64,000 bases of DNA, taken from positions 576,001-640,000 of the forward strand of contig CAWETW010000003.1 in assembly GCA_963812155.1 (NCBI GenBank). Direction: 5' to 3'. Shown piece after piece: positions 29,294 to 38,314 of the stretch. The DNA comes from Vulcanimicrobiota bacterium (GTDB lineage: Bacteria; Vulcanimicrobiota; Vulcanimicrobiia; Vulcanimicrobiales; Vulcanimicrobiaceae). The notes under the pieces were generated by a model. It did no database searches, was not told where the DNA came from, and worked only from the letters and a program-made list of their open reading frames with translations. Every line of letters starts with the position of its first letter. The first letter of the stretch is position 1. Position numbers and translations under genes: made by a program.

Positions 29294-29569
29294 GTGTTTT
29301 CAGTCCCCGACATTTTGGTCGTTTCCGTGCTCGCGCTGCTCCTCTTCGGCCCCGACCGGCTGCCGAAGATGATGCGCCAGGCGGGCCGTTTCATGCGGGA
29401 GGTTCAGAACACGTCGCATTCGTTCGTCGCCGAGATGGAGCGCGCGGCCGACGTTGCGGATACCCCTCCCACGCCACCGCCACCGGCGCCGGATCCCGCG
29501 CCCGCGGCGCCGCCGCCGGATCCCGTGCCCGCGCCTACATCCCCGCCAGACGACGCCAAAGCGCCGTAA
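29294..29569 (+). CDS. Twin-arginine translocase TatA/TatB subunit
   Basis: LALLLFGPDRLPKMMRQAG; Pro-rich tail. Confidence 0.88.
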   Translation: MFSVPDILVVSVLALLLFGPDRLPKMMRQAGRFMREVQNTSHSFVAEMERAADVADTPPTPPPPAPDPAPAAPPPDPVPAPTSPPDDAKAP

Positions 29570-30074
29570 CGCGGCGCACGTACCGGCGCGTCTCGGCGTA
29601 GGGCGGCACGCCGCCGTAGCGTTCGACGGCGCCGGCGCCCGCGTTGTACGCGGCCAGCGCGAGCACGCAGCACGCGGCTGGGCCGCGCTCGTCGAAGCGG
29701 TCGATGAGCGCGCGCAGATGACGAGCGGACGCCGCGAGGTTCTCCAACGGATCGGCAGGGTTGACGCCGAGACCCGCTGCGGTGCCCGGCATCAACTGCG
29801 CGAGGCCGACGGCACCGGCGCGCGAACGCGCAGCGGGATTCCAGCGCGATTCAACGGCGATCACGGCCACCAGAAGTCGCGCATCGAGGCCTTGGCGATC
29901 CGCTTGCACGATCGTTGCCAGAGCGAGCGTGGCGGCGGTTGCGGCGTCGAGCCGCGGATTGAAATGACGCAATGCGAACGCGTACGCCGCGACCGGATCG
30001 GCGGCACGCGCGTGCGGCGGCGAAAAAAGTGCGAGCGCGAGAAAAAGAATTGCGGCGGCGAAAGAAGGCTTCAC
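29535..30074 (-). CDS. Secreted lytic transglycosylase (SLT domain)
   Basis: AVESRW, GAVGLAQLMPGTA, ALAAYNAG, YAETRRYV. Confidence 0.92.
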   Translation of the reverse strand: MKPSFAAAILFLALALFSPPHARAADPVAAYAFALRHFNPRLDAATAATLALATIVQADRQGLDARLLVAVIAVESRWNPAARSRAGAVGLAQLMPGTAAGLGVNPADPLENLAASARHLRALIDRFDERGPAACCVLALAAYNAGAGAVERYGGVPPYAETRRYVRRVTALWRRLAGM

Positions 30075-30120
30075 CCCGGCGCAAGTACCCGTTGCGTGTA
30101 CGGGCTACGGCAGAGCTTCT

Positions 30121-30414
30121 CTAGATATTGAAGTTCTGGCGGATCTCGTTGATGCGTTGCTGCACGACGCTGCGGAATTGCGAGTGCAGGCGTTCTTTTT
30201 GGTCGTCGGGCAGGCGCCGGTAGACCATGTAGCCGGCTGCGGAGAGCAGCCCGCCGAGCAGGCCGACGACCAGCGCTTTGCCGATTTCGCCGGCGCCGGG
30301 GTCGCCCGAGCCGTCGTAGCCGGGACCGGGCGCACCGCCTTGATAGCCGTTGCCGGCCGGATTCGACCCGGACCATTGCTGTTGCGGCGGCGTCGTGCGG
30401 AAGTTGTCAGACAT
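30121..30414 (-). CDS. Hypothetical single-TM protein
   Basis: AAGGAGG RBS; G/P/Q-rich N-term, TM helix, amphipathic C-term. Confidence 0.8.
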   Translation of the reverse strand: MSDNFRTTPPQQQWSGSNPAGNGYQGGAPGPGYDGSGDPGAGEIGKALVVGLLGGLLSAAGYMVYRRLPDDQKERLHSQFRSVVQQRINEIRQNFNI

Positions 30415-30444
30415 GAACGGGCCTCCTTCGGGGGCTCTGCGTAC

Positions 30445-30774
30445 TTACCCGGTTTCCTGTCCGGTGTTGCATGCCACGTGCTCCGGGTACTGCTGGGCGA
30501 TCTGTGCGACGGCCAGTTCGGCGGTCGCTGCGATCGTGCGCACGCGTTCGTCGTCACGGGCTTGCTCGGGCCAGCGGATGAAGAAGTCGCCTCGACGCTG
30601 CCTGGTTTCGAGTGCGACGCGTGCGTATTCCTCGAGCCCCAGCCGGGCGGCCTGGAGGATCGCCGAAACTGCGGCGCAGACGACGTCGTCGGCATCGGCG
30701 AACTCGGCATGTCCCCGCGCAAAAATCGAGGACAGCCGGTTACGGCTGTCCCGATGAAAAACGACCTCGAGCAC
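30445..30774 (-). CDS. prp: Ribosomal-processing cysteine protease Prp
   Basis: GHA...DVVCAAVSA; directly after rplU. Confidence 0.88.
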   Translation of the reverse strand: MLEVVFHRDSRNRLSSIFARGHAEFADADDVVCAAVSAILQAARLGLEEYARVALETRQRRGDFFIRWPEQARDDERVRTIAATAELAVAQIAQQYPEHVACNTGQETG

Positions 30775-30790
30775 GCGTACCGCTCTGCAG

Positions 30791-31105
30791 TTACGGAAGC
30801 GTAATCTTCGTGATTTTGACTTCGGCGAACGGCTGGCGGTGGCCGTTGAGTTTGCGCACGCGCTTCTTCGGCTTATAGCGGAAAACGAGAATCTTCTTGT
30901 CCTTGGCTTGGCGCAGGACCGTTCCGGTGACGCTGGCGCCTCCAACGGTCGGGGTCCCGACCGTCACGTTCTCGCCGCTGCCGGCCAGCACGACCCGGTC
31001 GAACGTGACGTCCGCTCCCGGTTCGCTGGTGATGAGGTCGCAGCGAATGACGTCGCCCTCGGCGACTTTGTACTGCTTGCCGCCGGTCTCGATGATCGCG
31101 TACAT
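30791..31105 (-). CDS. rplU: 50S ribosomal protein L21
   Basis: MYAIIETGGKQYKV...GHRQ. Confidence 0.98.
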   Translation of the reverse strand: MYAIIETGGKQYKVAEGDVIRCDLITSEPGADVTFDRVVLAGSGENVTVGTPTVGGASVTGTVLRQAKDKKILVFRYKPKKRVRKLNGHRQPFAEVKITKITLP

Positions 31106-31114
31106 GACCCCGGT

Positions 31115-31143
31115 ACGATACCAGCCCGGCCGGGCTCTGTCAA
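31115..31143 (-). promoter_or_regulatory. Promoter of rplU (near-leaderless)
   Basis: TTGACA-17 nt-TATCGT, 9 nt before ATG. Confidence 0.7.
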
Positions 31144-31191
31144 ACGAACGCAGCGCGCCGCGCTAGCGTCGTCAGCGTTTCGCGCTCCGCG

Positions 31192-33336
31192 CTAGGGCGT
31201 CAGGGTTTCGCGCTCGACGGCCGTGCGCTGTATGGCGGCTTCGGAGAACGGAAGCGGCCACAGGCGTCCTTCGACCCAAGCACCCGCCTCGTCGGTGTAG
31301 TGGCCGGACCCCGGCTGCCCGGACTCGCCCTGCGGCAAGATGATGCCGCCGGCCTCCCAGTTGCCGACGTCCCACACCGCGCGGAAACTCTGCGAGTATC
31401 CCGCATACTGCACGTGCAGCGAGAACTCATCGCCATATCCGGGCAGACGGGTTCCGTCCAAGAACGACATCCCCAGAGACGAGAGCGAGTGCAAGGGCGT
31501 GACGGCGCCGGCGACGCTCCACGGCGCGAGCGCGGACGGCAGCGTCACGTGCAGCGCGTGCGGTGCGCGTTGACCGATCGTAAGTTCGACCGGCATCAAG
31601 CGCTTGGTCTTGCCGATCAACTGCATGCGCAGCTGGTCGGCAAGCGTCGCCGTCGTCGATTCGCCGGTCATGCGCCCGTCCCAGCCGGCCAGCGCGCTTC
31701 CGGCAGCGGCATCCATACGCGTGACGGCTGGAGACAAATCGCGCGCGAGTTCGCGTTCGGGCAGCGAGAGCGCGTCCATCTGCATTTGCGCGAAGTACGC
31801 TACGTCGTAGCGCGGGCGAGCGCGCAACAGTTGCGCGATTCGGAAAGCGCGATAGGGCGCGGCAAACTGCGGGCTCAGTTGCAACGGATAACCCGCGGCA
31901 TAGGGCTTGTCGTTGGCAGTCCACACGATCGCGTCGCGCGACGCTGCGACGTGCGGAAGCTCGGCGCGCGGGACGCTGTCGTAACGCTTTGCGAGATCGG
32001 ATGCGGGGTGGAACCAGCGCGCCCAGACCGGATCGTTGGGCACCAAGCCCGCCATCACGTAGGCGGCGCGTCCGGTCGTATCGGCGAGCGCGAAATTGTG
32101 CGTCGGGCCGGGGAAACTCGCCAACGCGCGTCGCGCTTCGTCGACCGAACGCGCGCGATCGAGCGCGAGGAACGCCATCAGCGGTGCGGCCGGATCGTCG
32201 TACGCAGACCATCGCACGACCACGAATTTTCCACTCTTCGTCGTTACGCCGAATTCGGTTGCCGTGCGATAGTAACGCTGCGTCACTTGCCGGCCGAATC
32301 GCACGCGGAACGTTTCGTCCTGCCAGCCGTGCGGATCGAGCGATGGGGGCGGTGCGAAGACCGACAGCGACGCGACCGTCGCGTCGGTCGCACCCCAGGC
32401 GACGAATTGGTTGTGACCGAGAACGATGCCGGGCGAGCCGGGAAAGACGGCGCCGGCGGCGTGCATTTCGGGAGCGTGCAAATCGACGAGATACCACGCG
32501 CCGGGAATGCTCAGGCCGAGATGCGGATCGTTCGCCAGCAACGCGCGGCCGGTGAGCGAACGAAGCGCGCCGACGGCCCACTCGTTGCTGCCCCGCGGCG
32601 TGCGCGGCGTCAGATGCGGAACCACCGACGGGCGCAACGCGCAGGCACGTCCTGGTGCCATGCCCGCGAGGCCGGTGACGACGGGCGCGTCGTAACAGGG
32701 GTCGCTCAGCGGAAACTGCGCGTTCAACTCCGCCAGGCCGCCCCGAACGTAGGCCGCGTTGCGCGGCTCGACGTCGTTCCAATCGTCGGTGAGGTCGAGC
32801 ACGGTCGCCATTGCAACGGCGAGCGAATCTTGCGGCGACCACGGCGCGGGACGATAGGCGAGAATTCGAAACTCGACCGGCAGCGGTTCGCGCGCGATCG
32901 CGGCGTTCACGCCGTCGCTGAAGGCTCCGAGAATCTCGCGCGAACGGGCGTCGAGCCGGAGCCACTGGGCGCCGACGATGGCGTGAATCGGTATCGCGCG
33001 CTCGCGCTGGTCGCTGCGCAGCGCCTGCCGTCCGAAGACTTCGGCAAGATTTCCGGTGATGAAGCGGCGCAGCACGTCCATTTGAAACAGCCGGTCGGAA
33101 CCTTCGACGTAGCCTTGTGCGAAGAAGAGATCGTGTTCGTTGCGGGCCTCGATGTGCGGCACGCCGCGATCGTCGCGAAGAATCGAAACCGGCGCTCGCA
33201 GCAGCGAAATGCCCGAAATCGTTCCTTCGTAACGCGCATGCGCGCGCATGCCGAGGGCGACGTTGAGCGCAAATGCCGCGCAGACGGCGACCGCAATCAG
33301 CGCGACGGCGCCGGCGAAACGCCAAAAACTTCGCAC
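31192..33336 (-). CDS. Penicillin acylase family Ntn hydrolase
   Basis: RDDRGVPHI, DRLFQMD, GSNEWAV, LLANDPHL, GESGQPGSGHY. Confidence 0.93.
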   Translation of the reverse strand: MRSFWRFAGAVALIAVAVCAAFALNVALGMRAHARYEGTISGISLLRAPVSILRDDRGVPHIEARNEHDLFFAQGYVEGSDRLFQMDVLRRFITGNLAEVFGRQALRSDQRERAIPIHAIVGAQWLRLDARSREILGAFSDGVNAAIAREPLPVEFRILAYRPAPWSPQDSLAVAMATVLDLTDDWNDVEPRNAAYVRGGLAELNAQFPLSDPCYDAPVVTGLAGMAPGRACALRPSVVPHLTPRTPRGSNEWAVGALRSLTGRALLANDPHLGLSIPGAWYLVDLHAPEMHAAGAVFPGSPGIVLGHNQFVAWGATDATVASLSVFAPPPSLDPHGWQDETFRVRFGRQVTQRYYRTATEFGVTTKSGKFVVVRWSAYDDPAAPLMAFLALDRARSVDEARRALASFPGPTHNFALADTTGRAAYVMAGLVPNDPVWARWFHPASDLAKRYDSVPRAELPHVAASRDAIVWTANDKPYAAGYPLQLSPQFAAPYRAFRIAQLLRARPRYDVAYFAQMQMDALSLPERELARDLSPAVTRMDAAAGSALAGWDGRMTGESTTATLADQLRMQLIGKTKRLMPVELTIGQRAPHALHVTLPSALAPWSVAGAVTPLHSLSSLGMSFLDGTRLPGYGDEFSLHVQYAGYSQSFRAVWDVGNWEAGGIILPQGESGQPGSGHYTDEAGAWVEGRLWPLPFSEAAIQRTAVERETLTP

Positions 33337-33348
33337 CGCGCCTCTCGC

Positions 33349-33654
33349 TTACACGTCGACGAAGACGTCGTCGCCTTCGATGCTCACCGGATAGGTCAGC
33401 AGGGGGACGACTGCGGGCAGCGTCAGTGCGTCGCCGGTCCGCACGTCGAAGGTCGCGCCGTGGCGCGGGCAGGTGACGGTCTCGCCTTCGAGTTGCCCTT
33501 GATCGAGCGGTCCGCCGTCGTGCGTGCACACGTCTTCGATCGCGTACAGATTCCCGCCGGCGTTGCACAGCAGCAACTCGTTACCGTTTACGACGACGCG
33601 CAGCGTCGTCTCCGCAGCGATGTCGGAAACTTTGGCGACGAGGTGCTTAGCCAC
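33349..33654 (-). CDS. Rieske-type [2Fe-2S] ferredoxin
   Basis: CTH...CPRHG. Confidence 0.93.
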   Translation of the reverse strand: MAKHLVAKVSDIAAETTLRVVVNGNELLLCNAGGNLYAIEDVCTHDGGPLDQGQLEGETVTCPRHGATFDVRTGDALTLPAVVPLLTYPVSIEGDDVFVDV

Positions 33655-34171
33655 GCCGCAGCTCGCGTGAGGAGTCGTCGCGCGACAAGAACGCCAAGAT
33701 CAGCAGCAATAGTGGAAGAAAGATATCCGCGAACCAGAGCACCAGGCCGGTATTGCTCGGCGCGTAGTTGCCGCAACAGATCATTTGGTGTACGTGCTGC
33801 GCCGCACAGGCGAGCGCGAACGTCGCGATCACCAGGGTCGACGCGAGCCGGAATTCAAAGCCGCGCCAGAGCGACATCATCGCAACGAACCCAAGCGGAA
33901 TCTCCATCCATCCCAGTTCGTACTCGAAGGGACTCGGCTGCCAGCCGATATCGGGTGCGGCGATCGATTGAAAATACGCGTGCAGGATGCCCGCATACAC
34001 GAACCAGATGCCGATCGCGTAGAAGAGCACTTCACCCCAGAGGATGTACGCGCCGTTATAGGGTCTGCGCTCGCGTTGAATCCGCCGGATCTTCAACCAC
34101 GCCGTCACCAGCGCGATCGCGAACAGAATGACGAACGTCTGGCCCAGGACGAATCGGAGAAAAGAGACCAC
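33647..34171 (-). CDS. Membrane protein (DUF6790-like)
   Basis: IGWQPSPFEYELG, GNYAPSNTG; multiple TM segments. Confidence 0.7.
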   Translation of the reverse strand: MVSFLRFVLGQTFVILFAIALVTAWLKIRRIQRERRPYNGAYILWGEVLFYAIGIWFVYAGILHAYFQSIAAPDIGWQPSPFEYELGWMEIPLGFVAMMSLWRGFEFRLASTLVIATFALACAAQHVHQMICCGNYAPSNTGLVLWFADIFLPLLLLILAFLSRDDSSRELRRG

Positions 34172-34189
34172 GGGCGCGCGTTCGGGGCG

Positions 34190-35608
34190 TTACCCGACGG
34201 CGCCTTCCATTTCCATCTTGACGAGCCGGTTCAACTCGACCGCATACTCCATCGGCAGTTCCTTGACGAAGAAGTCGAAGAAGCCGTTGACGATCATCGC
34301 CGTCGCGTCGGCTTCGGAGAGGCCGCGGCTCATCGCATAGAAGAGCTGGTCCTCACCGATTTTGCTCACGCTGGCTTCGTGTTCGACGGTGGAGCGCTGC
34401 TCGTGAATCTTCATCGTCGGCTTGGTGTCGCTCGACGACTCTCGATCCATGATCAGGGCGTCGCAGCGCACGCGGGTTTTCGCCCCGACGGCACCCGGAA
34501 AAACCTCGACCAGCCCGCGGTAGGTGGTCTTGCCGCCGTGCGCGCTCACGCTCTTGTTCGTCACGACCGAGGTCGTGTTCGGCGCGGCGTGGATGACCTT
34601 GGCTCCGGCGTCTTGGTGCTGGCCTTCGCCGGCAAACGCCATCGAGAGAATCTCGCCGCGCGCGCCTTCGCCCATGAGGTAGATCGACGGGTACTTCATC
34701 GTGAGGCGCGAGCCGATGTTGCCGTCGACCCATTCCACCGTCGCGTTCTTGTGCGCGATCGCGCGCTTCGTGACGAGATTGAAAATGTTGCGATACCAGT
34801 TCTGGATCGTCGTGTAACGAATCGACGCGCCTTCGAGCGCGATCAACTCAACCACTGCCGAGTGCAGCGACGACGTCGAGAACTTCGGCGCGGTGCAGCC
34901 CTCGATGTAGTGAATCTTGGCGCCTTCGTCGGCGATGATGAGGGTGCGTTCGAACTGGCCCATGTTCTCGGCGTTGATGCGGAAATAGGCTTGCAGCGGC
35001 ATCGCCACTTCCACGCCCGGCGGAACGTAGATGAACGAGCCGCCCGACCATACGGCGGAGTTGAGTGCCGAAAACTTGTTGTCTCCCGAAGGAATGACGG
35101 TCGCTAAGTATTTGCGCACGATGTCGGGATAGGTCTTCACCGCGGTGTCCATGTCGCAGAACAGCACGCCCTGCTTGTCGAGAGCCTCGCTGGTGTTATG
35201 GTAGACGACCTCGGACTCGTACTGCGCGGAAACCCCGGACAAAAACTTGCGCTCGGCCTCGGGGATTCCGAGCCGGTCGAACGTGCGCTTGATATCCTCG
35301 GGAACGTCGTCCCACGAGCGCTCCGAGCGGTCGGTCGACCGCACGAAATAATGGATGTCGGCGAAATCGATCTCGCTGAGGCGCGCGGTGTCGCCCCACG
35401 TGGGCATCGGCTTTTCGAGAAAGATCCCGTACGCTTTCAAACGGAAGTCGCGCATCCACTCGGGCTCGTCCTTCATCGCGCTGATGCGCTCGACGATCTC
35501 CCGGGTCAGGCCTTTGTCGGATTTAAAGACGTAGTTTTCCGCATCGTGGAAGCCGTGCCGGTAGTCCTCGACCAGGTTTGGGGAGGAGACGGGTGTGTCG
35601 AGTTTCAT
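34190..35608 (-). CDS. sufB: Fe-S cluster assembly protein SufB (start 35608 or 35614)
   Basis: [39 protein letters not shown]. Confidence 0.96.
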   Translation of the reverse strand: MKLDTPVSSPNLVEDYRHGFHDAENYVFKSDKGLTREIVERISAMKDEPEWMRDFRLKAYGIFLEKPMPTWGDTARLSEIDFADIHYFVRSTDRSERSWDDVPEDIKRTFDRLGIPEAERKFLSGVSAQYESEVVYHNTSEALDKQGVLFCDMDTAVKTYPDIVRKYLATVIPSGDNKFSALNSAVWSGGSFIYVPPGVEVAMPLQAYFRINAENMGQFERTLIIADEGAKIHYIEGCTAPKFSTSSLHSAVVELIALEGASIRYTTIQNWYRNIFNLVTKRAIAHKNATVEWVDGNIGSRLTMKYPSIYLMGEGARGEILSMAFAGEGQHQDAGAKVIHAAPNTTSVVTNKSVSAHGGKTTYRGLVEVFPGAVGAKTRVRCDALIMDRESSSDTKPTMKIHEQRSTVEHEASVSKIGEDQLFYAMSRGLSEADATAMIVNGFFDFFVKELPMEYAVELNRLVKMEMEGAVG

Positions 35609-35683
35609 CGCCATGTCCCTCTGAGCGTACTTCCCGCTGCCGACATAGTCAAGATAATTAAGTAGGAAGTTCAAAATCTGCTC

Positions 35684-35712
35684 TTTACAGGGGGGGTGGC
35701 AGGGGTTATGAT
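35684..35712 (+). promoter_or_regulatory. Promoter upstream of speD
   Basis: TTTACA-17 nt-TATGAT. Confidence 0.65.
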
Positions 35713-35909
35713 GGGCGCCGTACCGCGAAAAGCGGTCCACGGTTACAGGGAGGCGCGCCCGTACGCGCCATCGCGGCGAGTCGCCCGTGCACCGCTCAAA
35801 AGCGCCGGCAAGAGCTCGTCGATAGGTCGGGGACGTGAACTGCACCGCAGGCGCCAGCCGACGAAGTCCGGAGGTGGGACTCCCCCGAGGGTCAAGGAGA
35901 CCTGGTTCG

Positions 35910-36320
35910 TTGAAGGCACTCGGCAAGCACATCGTGTGCGAGCTATCGGGCTGCGACCCGGAAACGCTCGCCGACGTCGACGGGATCCACGCCATGATGG
36001 TAGCGGCCGCGCGGGCGGCCCACGCGACCGTCATGGAGAGCGCTTTTCACCGCTTCGAACCGCAGGGGGTCTCGGGTACCGTGATCCTGGCGGAATCGCA
36101 TCTCTCGATCCATACCTGGCCCGAAAAGGGCTACGCGGCGATGGATTTCTACACGTGCGGCGACCATACCGATCCCTGGCTCGCTTGCGAACACGCCGCT
36201 TCCGTTTTGAACGCGAAGAGCATCCTCACGACCGAATTCAAACGCGGCATCGAAAAGAGCGACGGCGAGTTCACGCACGTCATGAGCCGCGACCACGATC
36301 TGCGAGTTCTGTCGGCGTAG
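35910..36320 (+). CDS. speD: S-adenosylmethionine decarboxylase proenzyme
   Basis: [33 protein letters not shown] start with AAGGAG RBS. Confidence 0.93.
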   Translation: MKALGKHIVCELSGCDPETLADVDGIHAMMVAAARAAHATVMESAFHRFEPQGVSGTVILAESHLSIHTWPEKGYAAMDFYTCGDHTDPWLACEHAASVLNAKSILTTEFKRGIEKSDGEFTHVMSRDHDLRVLSA

Positions 36321-36497
36321 ACCGCGCGCAACATTTTCCGGCGCCCCGATAACCTAGGTTTGCAAACGCGTTTACTTGCGTTGCAAACCTTGATAACTGT
36401 TACGTTTTACGCGTGTGTATCGGGCAGGCATCATGCGTTATGCGTCTAACGAGATGGTGCGGTTTCCGCATTCCCTGTGAGGTGTAAAACAATCCCG

Positions 36498-37247
36498 ATG
36501 CGTTTATCAATCATTGGCTCCGGCTTTGCAGCAGTCGCGGCTGCAACGATGCTGGCGGCATGCGGCGGGCACGGCGTCGTTCCGTCGCAGAGCTTCGCTT
36601 CCGGCAGTTCCGCGACGATCGGCGACGGCGTTTCGTCGCTCGTCGAAGATGCAAAAAGTCATCCGTGCGACATTACCGGAATGTACTACTTCCACGGCAA
36701 CTGCGTGAAGTTCACGTTGAATCTTCTCGGCAACACGTCCGTCGAACTGGGTAAATTCGGCGCCTACAAAGGCATAAAAATTACGACGACCTTCAGTGCG
36801 ATGGAGAACCCGCCTAAAGGCATCAAATCGGTACCGGCGATCATGGGCGACGCCACCGGCGCCGGCGACATTACCGGCACGGTCAAAGGCAAAGCGTTCC
36901 CGCTCTATGGCCACGGCAACGATTGCGTCAACTCGCAAGGCAAGGCTGAGCCCTGTCCCGGAAAGCCGTTCGTGTATGCCGAGTTGATCAACCAAGGCAC
37001 GCACACGCTCAAACCGAAGGACACGCCGAAGTTCTACATTACCGACACCAACGGATTCCCCGGCAAGCGCCTCTGCTTCCCGGCGATTCTTACCGCGGCC
37101 GGCCCGCATACCGCAGGCGGATGGGCTCCGAATACGACGCTCGGCGGACAGCCGCACGGCACCACGCTGACGATCAACGCGCAGCCGAATCCCGGTCAAC
37201 TCGTGTATCCCGTCGGCCAGTTCATCGTAGCGGGTGTGTGTGAATAA
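36498..37247 (+). CDS. Cys-containing hypothetical lipoprotein
   Basis: Lipobox MLAAC-GG; no family recognised. Confidence 0.85.
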   Translation: MRLSIIGSGFAAVAAATMLAACGGHGVVPSQSFASGSSATIGDGVSSLVEDAKSHPCDITGMYYFHGNCVKFTLNLLGNTSVELGKFGAYKGIKITTTFSAMENPPKGIKSVPAIMGDATGAGDITGTVKGKAFPLYGHGNDCVNSQGKAEPCPGKPFVYAELINQGTHTLKPKDTPKFYITDTNGFPGKRLCFPAILTAAGPHTAGGWAPNTTLGGQPHGTTLTINAQPNPGQLVYPVGQFIVAGVCE

Positions 37248-37371
37248 GTTAAAGGGCCACTGATTCGCCCGGATCTTTGTCGCCAAGGGCCTCATTTACC
37301 GTAGTAAACTTCGGCCCTTGGCTTCGCGATCCGAACGAATCATCGACCCTTTAAGCAGCGTCACTGCCTAA

Positions 37372-37408
37372 GGGCCTCGCCGTGAATGGCGGGGTTCTTT
37401 TTTATTTC
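37372..37408 (+). terminator. Intrinsic terminator just upstream of speE
   Basis: GGGCCTCGCC-GTGAAT-GGCGGGGTTC followed by TTTTTTATTT. Confidence 0.75.
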
Positions 37409-37423
37409 GTCAAAGCGCCCGGC

Positions 37424-38314
37424 ATGCCGAAGACCGAACGTTGGCAGTGGTACGTCGAAGAGTTTTCGCCGGGAGAAGAGCACCATCACGCAATCGACGG
37501 CGTGTTGTTTTCGGGCCGCTCGGAGTTTCAGCAGATCGCGGTCGTGCGGTCGCCGGTTTTCGGTAAAATGCTCGTGCTCGACGGCGACACGCAGAGCGCG
37601 CAGACCGACGAGCGCATCTATCACGAAGCGCTGGTGCATCCGGCGCTGGCGGCCGCAAGCGACCGCAGCAACGTGCTCGTGCTGGGCGGCGGCGAGGGCG
37701 CGACGCTGCGCGAAGCGCTGCGCTGCCCGGGCGTCTCGCGCTGCACGATGGTCGACATCGACGGCACCGTCGTGGATGTCGCGAAGCGCCATCTGCCTGA
37801 ATGGTCCGACGGCGCGTTCGACGATCCTCGCGCGCGCGTCGTGGTGGGGGATGCGCTCGCGTTCATGCGCGACGACGACGAGCGCTACGGCGTCATCGTG
37901 TCGGATCTCACCGAACCGCTCGAAGATTCACCGAGCAATCCGCTGTTCAACGAGGCGGTTTTCGCGCTGATTCACTCGCGGCTCGCCGCGGGCGGCATCT
38001 ACGTATTGCAAGCCAGTACCGGAGCCGCGCACAACGCGGCGCTGCATTGCAAGATGGCGCGCACGCTGCGCCGCCGCTACGCGCACGTCGCATCGTTCGT
38101 CACGCACGTGCCGGCGTTCGATACCGATTGGGCCTTTCTCGCGTGCAGCGATGCCGTCGACGTCGCGGCGCTCGATCCGGCCGCCATCGAAGCCTATTGC
38201 GCGACGCTGCGCGGCGAGAGTTTCTTCTACGACGCGGTCACGCACCGCAGGCTATTTTCGCTGCCGCTCTATCTGCGCCGCGCGCTCGCCGCGCCGGGCG
38301 ACGTCTTTCCGTGA
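37424..38314 (+). CDS. speE: Polyamine aminopropyltransferase
   Basis: FGKMLVLDGDTQ, DERIYHEALVHP, LGGGEGATLRE, VDID, SDLTEP. Confidence 0.93.
   Translation: MPKTERWQWYVEEFSPGEEHHHAIDGVLFSGRSEFQQIAVVRSPVFGKMLVLDGDTQSAQTDERIYHEALVHPALAAASDRSNVLVLGGGEGATLREALRCPGVSRCTMVDIDGTVVDVAKRHLPEWSDGAFDDPRARVVVGDALAFMRDDDERYGVIVSDLTEPLEDSPSNPLFNEAVFALIHSRLAAGGIYVLQASTGAAHNAALHCKMARTLRRRYAHVASFVTHVPAFDTDWAFLACSDAVDVAALDPAAIEAYCATLRGESFFYDAVTHRRLFSLPLYLRRALAAPGDVFP

Noticed and set aside
29485..29535. Tandem CGCCGGATCCCGyGCCCGCG repeat, and the 18-bp duplication at 47122-47159
   Set aside because: Short coding duplications in low-complexity C-terminal tails; not CRISPR or functional arrays.
12296..30074. 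Prophage suggested by GH25 and SLT genes
   Set aside because: Far apart, embedded in housekeeping genes, and no structural, integrase or holin genes.
37248..37355. Integron attC site
   Set aside because: GTTAAAG is at the wrong end (attC begins RYYYAAC and ends GTTRRRY); no integrase or cassette array.
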